A stretch of 64,000 nt of DNA. Source: Vicinamibacterales bacterium (GTDB taxonomy: Bacteria > Acidobacteriota > Vicinamibacteria > Vicinamibacterales > 2-12-FULL-66-21). The stretch is taken from contig DATFFM010000184.1 of the NCBI GenBank assembly GCA_035250005.1, positions 14,687 to 78,686 of the forward strand, given 5' to 3'. Made by a program: the position numbers and the translations under genes. The notes under the pieces were generated by a model. That model saw only the letters and a list, made by a program, of their open reading frames with translations, made no database searches and was not told the origin of the DNA. Positions 9,050 to 18,033 of this stretch are shown here, one piece after another. The first letter of the stretch is position 1. Each line of letters begins with the position of its first letter.

Positions 9050-9136
9050 ACTCGGGCGTCACAGCGCACGCTCCGGAGACGCGAAACTCATGCGGGAGAT
9101 GCGTCCGGTGACCGGTGGTGCAGGCCGCCTTCTCGC

Positions 9137-10165
9137 CTACGGCGTGATCACCGCCCGCCCGGAGACCTCCCCCTGCTTGACGCGGCCGTACACCTCGTTG
9201 ATCTTGTCCAGCGGCCAGAACTCGAGCGGGATCGAGGTCAGCCTGCCGCTTTCGGCCAGGCTGAGGACCTCGCGCAGCTCGCGGGTATTCCCCCACCACG
9301 AGACCGACAACGACACCTCCGGTTTCGCCGATTCGAGCGCCTTCAGGTGAGCGGTGCCGCCCGCGAGACCGATCTGCACGACCTGCCCGGCCGGACGCGC
9401 GCTCGCGAGCGCCTGCTTCAGCGTGCTGTCGGTCCCGACGAAGTCGAACGCCGCCGACACGCCGACGCCGCGCGCCAGCTCCATGATCCTGGCGCTCACG
9501 TCCGGGTCGCGGCCGTTGATCAGGTGCGTCGCGCCGGCCTCCTGCGCCGTCTTCAGCTTGCGGTCGTCGAGGTCCACCGCGATGATGTCGGCGCCGGTCA
9601 GCAGCCGCAGGATCTTGACGCCGAACTGCCCGAGCGCGCCGCACCCGATGACCAGCACCGGATAATCGGGCCTGATGGCCGGCAGCGCGCGCGTGATCGC
9701 ACGGTATGGTGTCAGCGCCGCGTCGGTGAGCGGCGCGGCGACCTTCGGCTCCAGCGTCTTCAACGGCACGAGGTACCGTTCGTGGGGCACGAGCAGGTAC
9801 TCGGCGTAGCCGCCCTCGTGCTGCGACAGCCCGACCCACTGCATCGTCGGGCACAGGTTCTCCTCGCCCGCAATGCAGTAATCGCAGAAGCCGTCCCCCC
9901 AGCCGCCGTAGACCGCGACGCGGTCCCCTTCCTTGACCGCCGTCACGCCGCCGCCGATGGCCGCCACCGTGCCGGCGTTCTCGTGGCCCAGCGTGAGCGG
10001 CATCCGCGGCAGGACCTGGATCTCACCGGAGATGATGTGCAGGTCGCTGTGGCAGAACCCGGCCCCTTCGACCCGGATGACCACCTGGCCCGGGCCCGGC
10101 GTCGGGCGCGGAACCTCGTCGATGATGAGAGGCTTGCCGTATTCGTGCAATCGTGCGGCTCGCAT
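9137..10165 (-). CDS. zinc-dependent alcohol dehydrogenase family oxidoreductase
   Basis: GFCHSDLH catalytic-zinc motif. Structural-zinc Cys cluster (GDGFCDYCIAGEENLC). Rossmann motif VIGCGALG. Confidence 0.9.
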   Translation of the reverse strand: MRAARLHEYGKPLIIDEVPRPTPGPGQVVIRVEGAGFCHSDLHIISGEIQVLPRMPLTLGHENAGTVAAIGGGVTAVKEGDRVAVYGGWGDGFCDYCIAGEENLCPTMQWVGLSQHEGGYAEYLLVPHERYLVPLKTLEPKVAAPLTDAALTPYRAITRALPAIRPDYPVLVIGCGALGQFGVKILRLLTGADIIAVDLDDRKLKTAQEAGATHLINGRDPDVSARIMELARGVGVSAAFDFVGTDSTLKQALASARPAGQVVQIGLAGGTAHLKALESAKPEVSLSVSWWGNTRELREVLSLAESGRLTSIPLEFWPLDKINEVYGRVKQGEVSGRAVITP

Positions 10166-10236
10166 CAGATTCTCCTCCCCAGATTACAGCCGGAAGACCT
10201 GATGGCCGACGACCTCCGGAAGCGGGACGCCGGAAC

Positions 10237-12153
10237 CTAGAACCTGGAACCCAGACGCCCGCGGTGCAGGCAGCGCAGCCGTTCGGCGAGCGCACCGGGA
10301 TCGTCAGTGAAACAGCGCGCGTACGCCTTCGGGGCAGCCTCGACGTACTCGTGGAACAGCGCCTCGCGCCTCGCGCTCATCACGTTCTTCGCGATCACGT
10401 AGCGGATCACGCCCGACAGGCTGAGGATGATAGTGGACCCGCCGTAGAACCACCGCCCCTTCGCTTTGCGCCGCTGCACGATCTCGGCGACGAGATCCTC
10501 GTTGAACGTGCCGTCGGGCCCGACGCGGCGGACCTCCCTGACCGACTCGACGACCGGGCGCTCGATCTTCTTCGACGCGCTCGGCGTGGCCAGGCCGAAG
10601 TACACAAGGTGCCCCGGCAGGGTGACGTACGCGCCGACGAGTTGCGCGCGGCGGCGCTGCTGGGCCTGCTCGGTCAACTGCGGGCGGTTCTTCAGAATCG
10701 ACCGCAGGACCTGCGGCAGGTCCGCGTCCCGTTCACGACGGGAGAGGCCGGGGATGCGCGGCAGCCGGCGTTCGGGGCCCCGCCAGAGCAGCGCCCCCTC
10801 GCTGAGGTCGAGCACCCCTTCGACCTGAACGCCGTGCCGGCGAAACGCCCGCACCATCGCTTCTCGATACCCCCACTCGTCGTCGGGGATCAGGTCGTAG
10901 TCCGCGGTGAGCAGCGCGCGGAGGTACTCGCCGAAACGGAGATCGACCGGCGGACAGTAGTCGACGGCGCGGATGACGAGAGTCATGAACTGATCGGCGA
11001 TCCGCACCGCCTGCGCCGCCAGGAGATCGACCATCGCGTGCGGCAGACGTGCGCCGTCTGCCGGCGCGAGGCTCCGCAGCTGTTCCGTCTTCTTGTCGAA
11101 CACCGTCCGGAACGCATCGAATACCGCGCGCAGCAGGATGGCGCCCATGTCGTGCGCTTCGAGGCCGGGCTTGTACTGGTCCTTCTTCGGGACCGGCGCG
11201 TCGAGGTCGCCCGGGGTCAGAAACGCCGTGCGCAGCGGGGTCTCGCCATCGCCCGTGGTCTCGCCGAACTGGCGCGCGAGATCCACCAGCAGACGGGAGG
11301 TGATCGCTCCCCTGGCGTCCGCGATCGCCCGTCCGACCAGCTCGCGATAGCTGAATCGCTGGAGCAGCGCGATCAGATCCGCGAAGCCTTCGTGAAAGCC
11401 GTCCACGTCGGCGTTGGTCGGGAGCATGAACCGCGCGCGCATGCCGTCGAGCAGCGCGTGCGTCATCTCGTGGACGACGACATCATGGGACAGCGACGTG
11501 AAGACGATCGCTCCCGGCTGGTTGAGCCGCTGTGCGCGCCGGTTGGCGCGGGTGTAGCCGAACCGGACCGCCCCGAGATCGGGATCGTAATAGGCGTTGT
11601 CTTCCTCGAACGCGTGCGGATGCACGTGCAGCTTGACCACCGGCCGGTCCCCGATGCGATCGTCGGCGTGGGACGGAAACGAGAACTGCGGGTGCCGCCC
11701 GAGCGCCTGGCGGAAGCGGTGATACGTCACCGTCGTCAACGCGTAGGTCATCTGCTGGGCGAAGCGCGGATCGATGGTCGAGGGGCGGAGGCCCGCCGTC
11801 ATCACGACCGCGAGGTCGTCGAGCTCGACCGGCTCGTAGGCCTCCTTCGTCGTGTCGTTCACGTCCCGGACGGCGATCACCGATCCGACCGGGCCTTCTT
11901 CGAGCGGTTCGTAGGGCACGGCCAGTTCGGTGACCGCCGCGCTGGCCGTCGGCGTCGCCGGGTCCTGCGTGAACACCCGCAGCTTCCGGTGCGGGGGCAG
12001 CTGGATCGGCGAGGCCTGCGCTCCTTCGTCGGCCTGCCCCGGCCGCTTCGCCGCCGATTTCTGCTGCTCACGCAGAACGATGAACGGCTCGGCCGACTCC
12101 TTACGCTCGACCCGCGGGCCGAGCTCGTAGTGGACGGGCGGTGGCTTCGGCAC
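10237..12153 (-). CDS. thermolysin-like (M4-type gluzincin) metalloprotease without signal peptide
   Basis: EDNAYYDP...VRFGY...SHDVVVHEMTHALLDG...DGFHEGFADL parallels the thermolysin layout NAFW..YGDG..DVVAHELTHAV..NEAISD. GTG start at 12153, 2 nt after the upstream stop. No N-terminal hydrophobic segment. Confidence 0.8.
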   Translation of the reverse strand: MPKPPPVHYELGPRVERKESAEPFIVLREQQKSAAKRPGQADEGAQASPIQLPPHRKLRVFTQDPATPTASAAVTELAVPYEPLEEGPVGSVIAVRDVNDTTKEAYEPVELDDLAVVMTAGLRPSTIDPRFAQQMTYALTTVTYHRFRQALGRHPQFSFPSHADDRIGDRPVVKLHVHPHAFEEDNAYYDPDLGAVRFGYTRANRRAQRLNQPGAIVFTSLSHDVVVHEMTHALLDGMRARFMLPTNADVDGFHEGFADLIALLQRFSYRELVGRAIADARGAITSRLLVDLARQFGETTGDGETPLRTAFLTPGDLDAPVPKKDQYKPGLEAHDMGAILLRAVFDAFRTVFDKKTEQLRSLAPADGARLPHAMVDLLAAQAVRIADQFMTLVIRAVDYCPPVDLRFGEYLRALLTADYDLIPDDEWGYREAMVRAFRRHGVQVEGVLDLSEGALLWRGPERRLPRIPGLSRRERDADLPQVLRSILKNRPQLTEQAQQRRRAQLVGAYVTLPGHLVYFGLATPSASKKIERPVVESVREVRRVGPDGTFNEDLVAEIVQRRKAKGRWFYGGSTIILSLSGVIRYVIAKNVMSARREALFHEYVEAAPKAYARCFTDDPGALAERLRCLHRGRLGSRF

Positions 12154-12155
12154 GC

Positions 12156-15044
12156 TCAGCGATCCACCCGGGCCCTGAGCAGCTGCACGGCCGCCTCGAG
12201 ATGTGCGAGCAGTTGCGCATCAATGCTCGACAATGCCATGGGTTCTGACAGCGTGGCCGCAGACGGCACGGCCGCAGACGGCACGGCGGCGGCGCCCGAC
12301 AGCAGCGGGCGGCGCGCCATCCCGGCTGCAGCCGGCAGCATGAGGGGATGCTGCCGTTTCTTTGCCGCGACGATCTTCGCCACCTGTTTGATGAAGGCCT
12401 CGTTCGTGTCGCCGCGCCTGACCGCCTCGGCCAGAAAGGCGGTGGCGGCGCCGGTGAAGTCCCCCTGCCCCTTCGACTCCCACGCGAACTCGTTGTCGCG
12501 GCAGGCCGCGAGATGGATCACTCCGGGCGCCGACGACGGGAGCGCGCGCGACCGGGCCCGTGCGCTGCGATATTCGCGCGCGGCACCGAGCAGGTCGGGC
12601 GGCATGAAGCGCGCGCGGTCGGTGGCGGTCTCCACGCCGCGCACCGCCGGGGCGAATCGGCTGTTCGTGCCGCAGTGACAGCAATCCATGAACAGCGTCA
12701 GCGTGACGCCGGCCGGCAGCCCCTCCAGCGCGGTCGCGAACACGTCGTCCCGCAGCAGCATCAGCTCGCCTTCGCGGTAGTCGACCGGCACGAATGCCTC
12801 GTCGAAACCGTCCGCTTCGTCGCCGCTGTCGTCGGCGAGCTGTGTACCGTGACCCGCGTACTGAAACACGAGTACGTCGCCGGCCGACGCGCCGGCGAGC
12901 AGATCGCGCAGGCCATTCTGGATCCGGCGGTTGGTGGCCTGCTTGTTGCGAAGGTAGCGGACCTCGAATCCCAGCTCCGCCAGCACGCGCCCCCAGGCAT
13001 TGGCGTCGTTGACGCACCCGTCGAGCGGGCGGTCCGGATAGTCGTCGATGCCGATGCACAGCGCGACGCGGCGGCCGCGGTCCTGGCGCTCGCCCTCCTC
13101 GTCGCCGGGCTGGTCTTGGGCTGGCGGTGGACCGTCCGGATACGCGCGCCCGGGTTGCGACGCGCCCACGAGTGCGCCCGGCCGCATGGGCAGCGGCTCG
13201 AACGTCCGCGGCAGGGGCGGAAACGGGAAGTCGGCCTCCCCCAGCCCGGTCTGATCGTCGACGCCGAGTATCCGTCGGAGCGCCGCCGACATGGTCTTGG
13301 GATCGTTGTCGAAGGCGCCGTGCGCGAGCGCTCTCGTCAACGGATTCTCTTGCTTGTCGCGGGTGAATGAGAACTGGATCTCCGCCACCGGCGTCGCGCC
13401 GGGCACCGGGCGCCCCTCATCGTCTAGACCGTAGAACGCGCGCAGCTTGTCGTCCTTGCGGATGGACCGCTGCAGGCCGACAATGGGCCGCCGCTTGAGG
13501 CCTTCGAACGCGTGCGAGATGAAGTACAGCAGCGACTTGCGGTAGATCTTGAAGCAGTCGTCCTGCTCCTCTGCGTCTTCTTCCATCGTGAAGCAGGTGT
13601 GCCGGGCGATCTTCTTCGCCTCGATGAGCGGCAGGAGGTTCTCGACGAACAGCTCGGTGCGCGCGGCGGGCGCGAACAGCGAGAGCGTCTCGATCCGCGC
13701 GGCGCCGAGCTGGAGGAGCGCCGGCAGCAGATGCGCGTGGAAGATCGCGCCGGCGCTGTGCCCGATCGCGTGCAGCGTGACCTGCGTCGCCGCCGGGTCG
13801 GTCTTCAGAAACGCCGCCAGCTTCGACGCAAACAGATACGCGCCGCCCGGGAACCCTTCACCGAGATCCGCTGACGACGCACGGCGCGCGTTGCTTTTCA
13901 TCTCGGACCAGATGAACGTGCCCGGCCCCTTCGCGGCGAGCTCGATTGCGGCGTCGCTCGTCCAGTCGAAGAAGTCCCTCGCTCCGAAGAGCCGCTGGCG
14001 AAGCGTCTCGAGCAGGCCCGTCTCCCACACGAAGAAGACCGGGTAGACGCCTTTGGGCAGCCACCACCGGTACATCGTCTTCGCGTAGGCGAGGGCGTCC
14101 GCCTCGCCGACCAGCCCGCCGTGCGCGTACAACAGGATCCGCAGCGACGGATCGGCCGACGCCCGGTCGCGGATCGCGTCGATGATCCCGTCGAGATCCA
14201 TCGGCGACGTGGTGAACTCGCCGCCGGCCTCCGACAGCTCGCCCCGGCTCAGATTGACCACGTGCGGCTTCAGCTCGGTCCAGTCCTCGCCGCGGGCGGC
14301 GGACGGATCGGCGAGCAGCCGGGAGAAATCACGGCTGTACTGCCGCTGCGACCGCGCCACGCGGCTTCGCGTCTGCCGTTCCACCTCACGCGCGCCGGCG
14401 GCGTGTTCCGGCACCGTCGCGTTCGCCTGCTCGGTGTCGGGCACGGTGATCGCCGAAGGGTAGGTCGCGGGAGCGCCGGCGAGAAACTCCCGGGGAAACA
14501 CCCCGGCTGCCGGCGCTCGCCGGCCGATCTCCTTCGTCACGCGCGTCTCGAAGAGCGCCCGGTCGAACCCGCTGCCGGGGCACGTCTTCTGATTGTTGTT
14601 GAGCTCGCGATGAAACTTGATGTCGGCGAGCTGGAGCTTGAAGGTCTTCAGCAGATGCCCCACGACCGCCGCGGCGCTGTCGCGCTGCGCGCCGTCGAAG
14701 GGATCGTGGCCGGTGTCGAAGTTCCCGACGATCTCGATCATGAACGGGCCGGCCGCCGCCGTACCGTTGTGCCCCTTCGAGCTGGCGGGTGACAGGTTCC
14801 AGTTCCTTCCGGTCCAGAGGCCTCCCTGCGGGTCGATGGTCAGGTGCTGCGCGATGTCGCTCCACCCCTGCGAGAGATGAAAGCGGCGCATCGCCTCGAT
14901 CGTCTCGAGACCGCGGAAGTCGGCGCGCTCCGGCTTCCATGTGTGGTGCACGTGCACGGCGTCGATCGTGCGCACGAGCACGGACGCGTCGGGCAGCAGC
15001 AGACGGAACTGCACGACAGTGAGGCGCCGTATCGGTTCTGGCAT
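12156..15044 (-). CDS. multidomain protein: Amidase_2/PGRP (T7-lysozyme-like) + alpha/beta serine hydrolase (GHSAG) + caspase-like peptidase C14 (metacaspase)
   Basis: - Amidase domain (~14562-14978): VHVHHT...FHLSQGWSDIAQHLTID...FHRELNNNQKTCPGSGFD, with the His/His/Cys zinc triad of T7 lysozyme.
- Hydrolase domain (~13302-14159): LLYAHGG...HAIGHSAG.
- Caspase domain (~12342-13073): VALCIGIDDY...GCVNDA...FQYAGHG...DEADGFDEAF...LFMDCCHCG.
- Start set at the ATG at 15044, preceded by GGAGG 7 nt upstream.
- No signal peptide or TM segment. Confidence 0.85.
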   Translation of the reverse strand: MPEPIRRLTVVQFRLLLPDASVLVRTIDAVHVHHTWKPERADFRGLETIEAMRRFHLSQGWSDIAQHLTIDPQGGLWTGRNWNLSPASSKGHNGTAAAGPFMIEIVGNFDTGHDPFDGAQRDSAAAVVGHLLKTFKLQLADIKFHRELNNNQKTCPGSGFDRALFETRVTKEIGRRAPAAGVFPREFLAGAPATYPSAITVPDTEQANATVPEHAAGAREVERQTRSRVARSQRQYSRDFSRLLADPSAARGEDWTELKPHVVNLSRGELSEAGGEFTTSPMDLDGIIDAIRDRASADPSLRILLYAHGGLVGEADALAYAKTMYRWWLPKGVYPVFFVWETGLLETLRQRLFGARDFFDWTSDAAIELAAKGPGTFIWSEMKSNARRASSADLGEGFPGGAYLFASKLAAFLKTDPAATQVTLHAIGHSAGAIFHAHLLPALLQLGAARIETLSLFAPAARTELFVENLLPLIEAKKIARHTCFTMEEDAEEQDDCFKIYRKSLLYFISHAFEGLKRRPIVGLQRSIRKDDKLRAFYGLDDEGRPVPGATPVAEIQFSFTRDKQENPLTRALAHGAFDNDPKTMSAALRRILGVDDQTGLGEADFPFPPLPRTFEPLPMRPGALVGASQPGRAYPDGPPPAQDQPGDEEGERQDRGRRVALCIGIDDYPDRPLDGCVNDANAWGRVLAELGFEVRYLRNKQATNRRIQNGLRDLLAGASAGDVLVFQYAGHGTQLADDSGDEADGFDEAFVPVDYREGELMLLRDDVFATALEGLPAGVTLTLFMDCCHCGTNSRFAPAVRGVETATDRARFMPPDLLGAAREYRSARARSRALPSSAPGVIHLAACRDNEFAWESKGQGDFTGAATAFLAEAVRRGDTNEAFIKQVAKIVAAKKRQHPLMLPAAAGMARRPLLSGAAAVPSAAVPSAATLSEPMALSSIDAQLLAHLEAAVQLLRARVDR

Positions 15045-15172
15045 GATCGGCCTCCGGGCTGAAGCGAGGAAGGTCATGCTGTCGAACCCGATCCTGCTTT
15101 GCAATAGGCAACTTTTACAGGCCAGCGGGTTGGCTGCCCGGCCAATCGGCTGGCCGGTGTATAACTCCCCGC

Positions 15173-16048
15173 ATGGCGCGAGGCTTCGCATTGCTCGCCG
15201 CTTTGACCATGCTGCCGCCGCAGGCCCCGGCGCAGGAGAAGGCCACGTTCCGCAGCGGCGTGCAGACGGTGATGCTCCACGCCACCGTCCGCAGCGACGA
15301 CGGGCATCTCGTGCCGGATCTCACCCGCGACGACTTCGAGGTCCGCGACGAAGGGCAGCCGGTCGAGATCACCGTCTTTTCCAGTGATCCCCAACCGATC
15401 ACCGTCGTTCTGCTCCTCGACATGAGCGGCAGCATGGAGCGCCACTTTCTTCGCGTCCGCGACTCGACGAGGCATTTCATCGACGCGCTGCAGCCGGGCG
15501 ACCGGGCGCGGATCGGCTCATTCGGCGTCGAGGTGGCGCTGAGCCCCTGGCTGACGAGCGACAAGCGCATCCTCCACCGTGTCGTCAGCGAGGAATTGTG
15601 GCCGGGGGGCGGCACGCCGCTGTGGAACAGCGTCTACGGCGCCATGCAGTCTCTCGATCGCGAAAGCGGGCGGCGGGTCATCCTGGCGCTGACCGACGGG
15701 ATCGGAAACATGGATCTCCCGGGGCTCGAGGGTTCGTCGCGCCAGGCGCGCGACAAGGCCGAGGATGACGGGTTCATGGTGTACGCGATCGGCGTCGAGG
15801 GCTCTCCCCTCGACGCCAGCATCACGAGCCTCGCGGAGCGCACCGGCGGCGGCTTCTTCAAGCTGGAGACGGGGGCCGACCTCTCGCGCACGTTTCTTCG
15901 CGTCGTCGAGGAACTGCGTCATCAGTACGTCATCGGCTTTGCGCCGCCGAAGGCGGACGGCAAGATGCACGACGTCGACGTGAAGGTGAAGAAGCCGCGG
16001 ATGACCGCACGGGCCCGCAAGAACTATCGCGCACCGGGCGGCAGGTGA
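15173..16048 (+). CDS. VWA-domain protein (acidobacterial VWFA-related type)
   Basis: Signal peptide. N-terminal FRSGVQTVMLHATVRS...DFEVRDEGQPVEI module. MIDAS-type motif LLLDMSGSM. C-terminal region HDVDVKVKKPRMTARARKNY. Confidence 0.85.
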   Translation: MARGFALLAALTMLPPQAPAQEKATFRSGVQTVMLHATVRSDDGHLVPDLTRDDFEVRDEGQPVEITVFSSDPQPITVVLLLDMSGSMERHFLRVRDSTRHFIDALQPGDRARIGSFGVEVALSPWLTSDKRILHRVVSEELWPGGGTPLWNSVYGAMQSLDRESGRRVILALTDGIGNMDLPGLEGSSRQARDKAEDDGFMVYAIGVEGSPLDASITSLAERTGGGFFKLETGADLSRTFLRVVEELRHQYVIGFAPPKADGKMHDVDVKVKKPRMTARARKNYRAPGGR

Positions 16049-16935
16049 TGCGCGCGGCAGCCTGCGCGACGTTGCTGGCGATTGCCGCCGGTCTGCCCCA
16101 CGCCGGTGGTCGCCCGGCCGTGCCCCGCGTCACGGTCCATGCGTGGGTGGAGAACGAGCGCGGCCTGCCGGCATCGGATCTCCAGCTCGAAGAGTTCGAG
16201 GTCCTCGTCGACCGCGCCGCGGTACCGCTGGAAGCTGTCGTCCCGCGCAGAGCGATGTCGGTGGTGGTGCTCCTCGATACCAGCCGAACGGTCCCGTGGA
16301 GCACGCAGACGCTCCCTCGGCACCTGGGCCAGTTCGCGGCCGCGCTCCCGCCAGATGACAGGCTCATGCTCGCAACCGTGGGCGGGCGATCGACCGCTCT
16401 TCCGTTTCAGCCCGCGAAGCACGATCTGCAAAGCGCCATCCGCCAGGCGCTGAACCATGAAGAGGGCTACGGCAACACGCCGATCTGGGACGCCCTGCAC
16501 GACGCGGTCACGCTCCTCGCCAGGGAGCCGCCGCCGCGGGCGGTCCTGCTGCTGACCGACGGACGAGCGACCGGGAACCGCTACGGCCTGGCGGAGTCAG
16601 CCGACCACGCGATGGCGAACGACGTGTCGGTGACCGTCGTGGCGAAGCACATCGGACGACAGATCCTCCAGGGGGAGAAGACCGCTGTGCTGGTTCAGCC
16701 CTGGGCGCCGCTTGAGGCAGTGACCCGGTATACAGGCGGGCAGTTCTTCACCTACCCCGAGCGGCAGGAGGAGGCGGCGGTCACGCTGTTCCAGGGGGCC
16801 GCGGCCTCGCTCCGCGGCCTGCACGCGTTCGGCTTCACCCCCGTGCAGCGGAACGGCGCAGCGCATCGACTCGAGATCCGTTCGAAGCGGCCCGGCCGCA
16901 TCGTGCACGCGCCCCTCGCATTTGTCGCACGCTGA
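16045..16935 (+). CDS. VWA-related paralogue (degenerate MIDAS)
   Basis: Same layout as the upstream gene (LQLEEFEVLVDRAAVPLE, VVLLDTSRT, LLLTDGRATGN). Its start overlaps the upstream stop (16045-16048). Confidence 0.75.
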   Translation: MMRAAACATLLAIAAGLPHAGGRPAVPRVTVHAWVENERGLPASDLQLEEFEVLVDRAAVPLEAVVPRRAMSVVVLLDTSRTVPWSTQTLPRHLGQFAAALPPDDRLMLATVGGRSTALPFQPAKHDLQSAIRQALNHEEGYGNTPIWDALHDAVTLLAREPPPRAVLLLTDGRATGNRYGLAESADHAMANDVSVTVVAKHIGRQILQGEKTAVLVQPWAPLEAVTRYTGGQFFTYPERQEEAAVTLFQGAAASLRGLHAFGFTPVQRNGAAHRLEIRSKRPGRIVHAPLAFVAR

Positions 16936-17063
16936 GTTAACTCCTGCCCCCTTGCCGTCGTATACAGCAACGGCGCCCTCATCGTGCGGGCGCGGCACAT
17001 AAATCAGCCGCCCGCACCAACCGTCCGAGCGCGGTGCTCGTCTACACGTAGCGGGCGGAGGCT

Positions 17064-17137
17064 GGGGTCAGATCTCGATTTTTCGGTCCCGCGGCGTGAA
17101 AACGCCGCGGAGTTTCGAAAAATCGAGATCTGACCCC
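17064..17137. repeat. 74-bp nested palindromic element (GGGGTCAGATCTCGATTTTTCG arms), intergenic copy
   Basis: Perfect 22-nt outer arms plus an inner GC stem (CCCGCGGCG-TGAAAA-CGCCGCGG). The arms are identical to those of the copy at 31915-31989. Confidence 0.9.
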
Positions 17138-17148
17138 AAACGATCCAG

Positions 17149-18033
17149 ATGCGCGGATTCGAACAACTCGCAGTGGTGTTGTGCGTTTGTGGGACGGTGG
17201 CGTTCGCGCAGCCGCCCGACGAACGGGCCGCGAAGGTGCTCGCCGACGCGCGCGCCGCCCTCGGCGGCGAAGCGAACCTGTCGGCGATCAAAAGCTTCAC
17301 CACCACCGGACGCACCCGCCGCGTCCAGGGTGAGAACCTGGTGCCCATCGAATTCGAGATGCTGGTCGAGCTCCCCGATAAATACCTGCGCAAGGACGAG
17401 ATCCCCGCGCAGGAAAGCGATCCGACGACCATCGGGTTCAACGGCGACGCGCTGCTGCAGATCCCGCCGCCGGCGCCCCCCACGCCACGACCCGGCATGC
17501 CGGCGCCGCCGCCCGGCCAGTTCGAAGCCATGCTCCAGCAGCGCACGCTGACCGCCCGGCAGGACTTCGCGCGATTGATGCTCGGCATGTTCGCCACGTC
17601 CTTTCAGGCGTACCCCCTGACCTTCAAGTACGTCGGCCAGGCCGAAGCGCCGCAGGGCAAGGCCAACGTGCTCGAGGCCACCGGCGCGAGCAACTTCAAG
17701 ATCCGCTTCTTCATCGACATCCAGACGAATCTGCCGATCATGGTGTCGTGGACGACGCCTGCCCGGCCGATGCCGGCGGGTCGCGGCGGACCGGGTGCTC
17801 CCTCCAGCCCCGGTGCCGCCGTACCGCCGGCCGCACCTCCCGCACCGCCGGCCGCGCCACCGTCGCCGCCGGAACAGCGTCTCTACTTCGCCGACTACCG
17901 CGACGTGGACGGCATCAAGCTCCCGTTCCGGCTGCGCCGTGGCGTGGGCGTGAACACCACCGAAGAGACCACCTTCGATCGTTTTCGCCTCAACCAGAAA
18001 ATCGATCCGCGCAGATTCGAGGTCAGGAAATGA
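17149..18033 (+). CDS. hypothetical secreted protein with proline-rich inserts
   Basis: Signal peptide LAVVLCVCGTVAFAQ. Pro/Ala-rich low-complexity tracts. Overlaps the next gene by ATGA. Confidence 0.6.
   Translation: MRGFEQLAVVLCVCGTVAFAQPPDERAAKVLADARAALGGEANLSAIKSFTTTGRTRRVQGENLVPIEFEMLVELPDKYLRKDEIPAQESDPTTIGFNGDALLQIPPPAPPTPRPGMPAPPPGQFEAMLQQRTLTARQDFARLMLGMFATSFQAYPLTFKYVGQAEAPQGKANVLEATGASNFKIRFFIDIQTNLPIMVSWTTPARPMPAGRGGPGAPSSPGAAVPPAAPPAPPAAPPSPPEQRLYFADYRDVDGIKLPFRLRRGVGVNTTEETTFDRFRLNQKIDPRRFEVRK

Noticed and set aside
12230-12290. 15-bp direct duplication (GGCCGCAGACGGCAC x2) near the 3' end of the caspase-fusion gene
   Set aside because: It is real in the sequence but simply encodes a duplicated AAVPS pentapeptide in an Ala/Pro-rich C-terminal tail. 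There is no sign of regulatory or mobile-element function.
10153-12678. 841-aa forward-strand ORF, the longest ORF on that strand in this region
   Set aside because: It runs antisense to the thermolysin-like and caspase-fusion genes. The translation is extremely Arg/Asp/Gly-rich with no motif, typical of shadow ORFs in GC-rich DNA. The reverse-strand frames carry clear catalytic motifs.
15045-15191. Track start (15191) of the amidase-hydrolase-caspase ORF
   Set aside because: That start would overlap the divergent VWA gene start and adds a Cys/Arg-rich segment. The ATG at 15044 has a GGAGG 7 nt upstream and sits just before the amidase domain.
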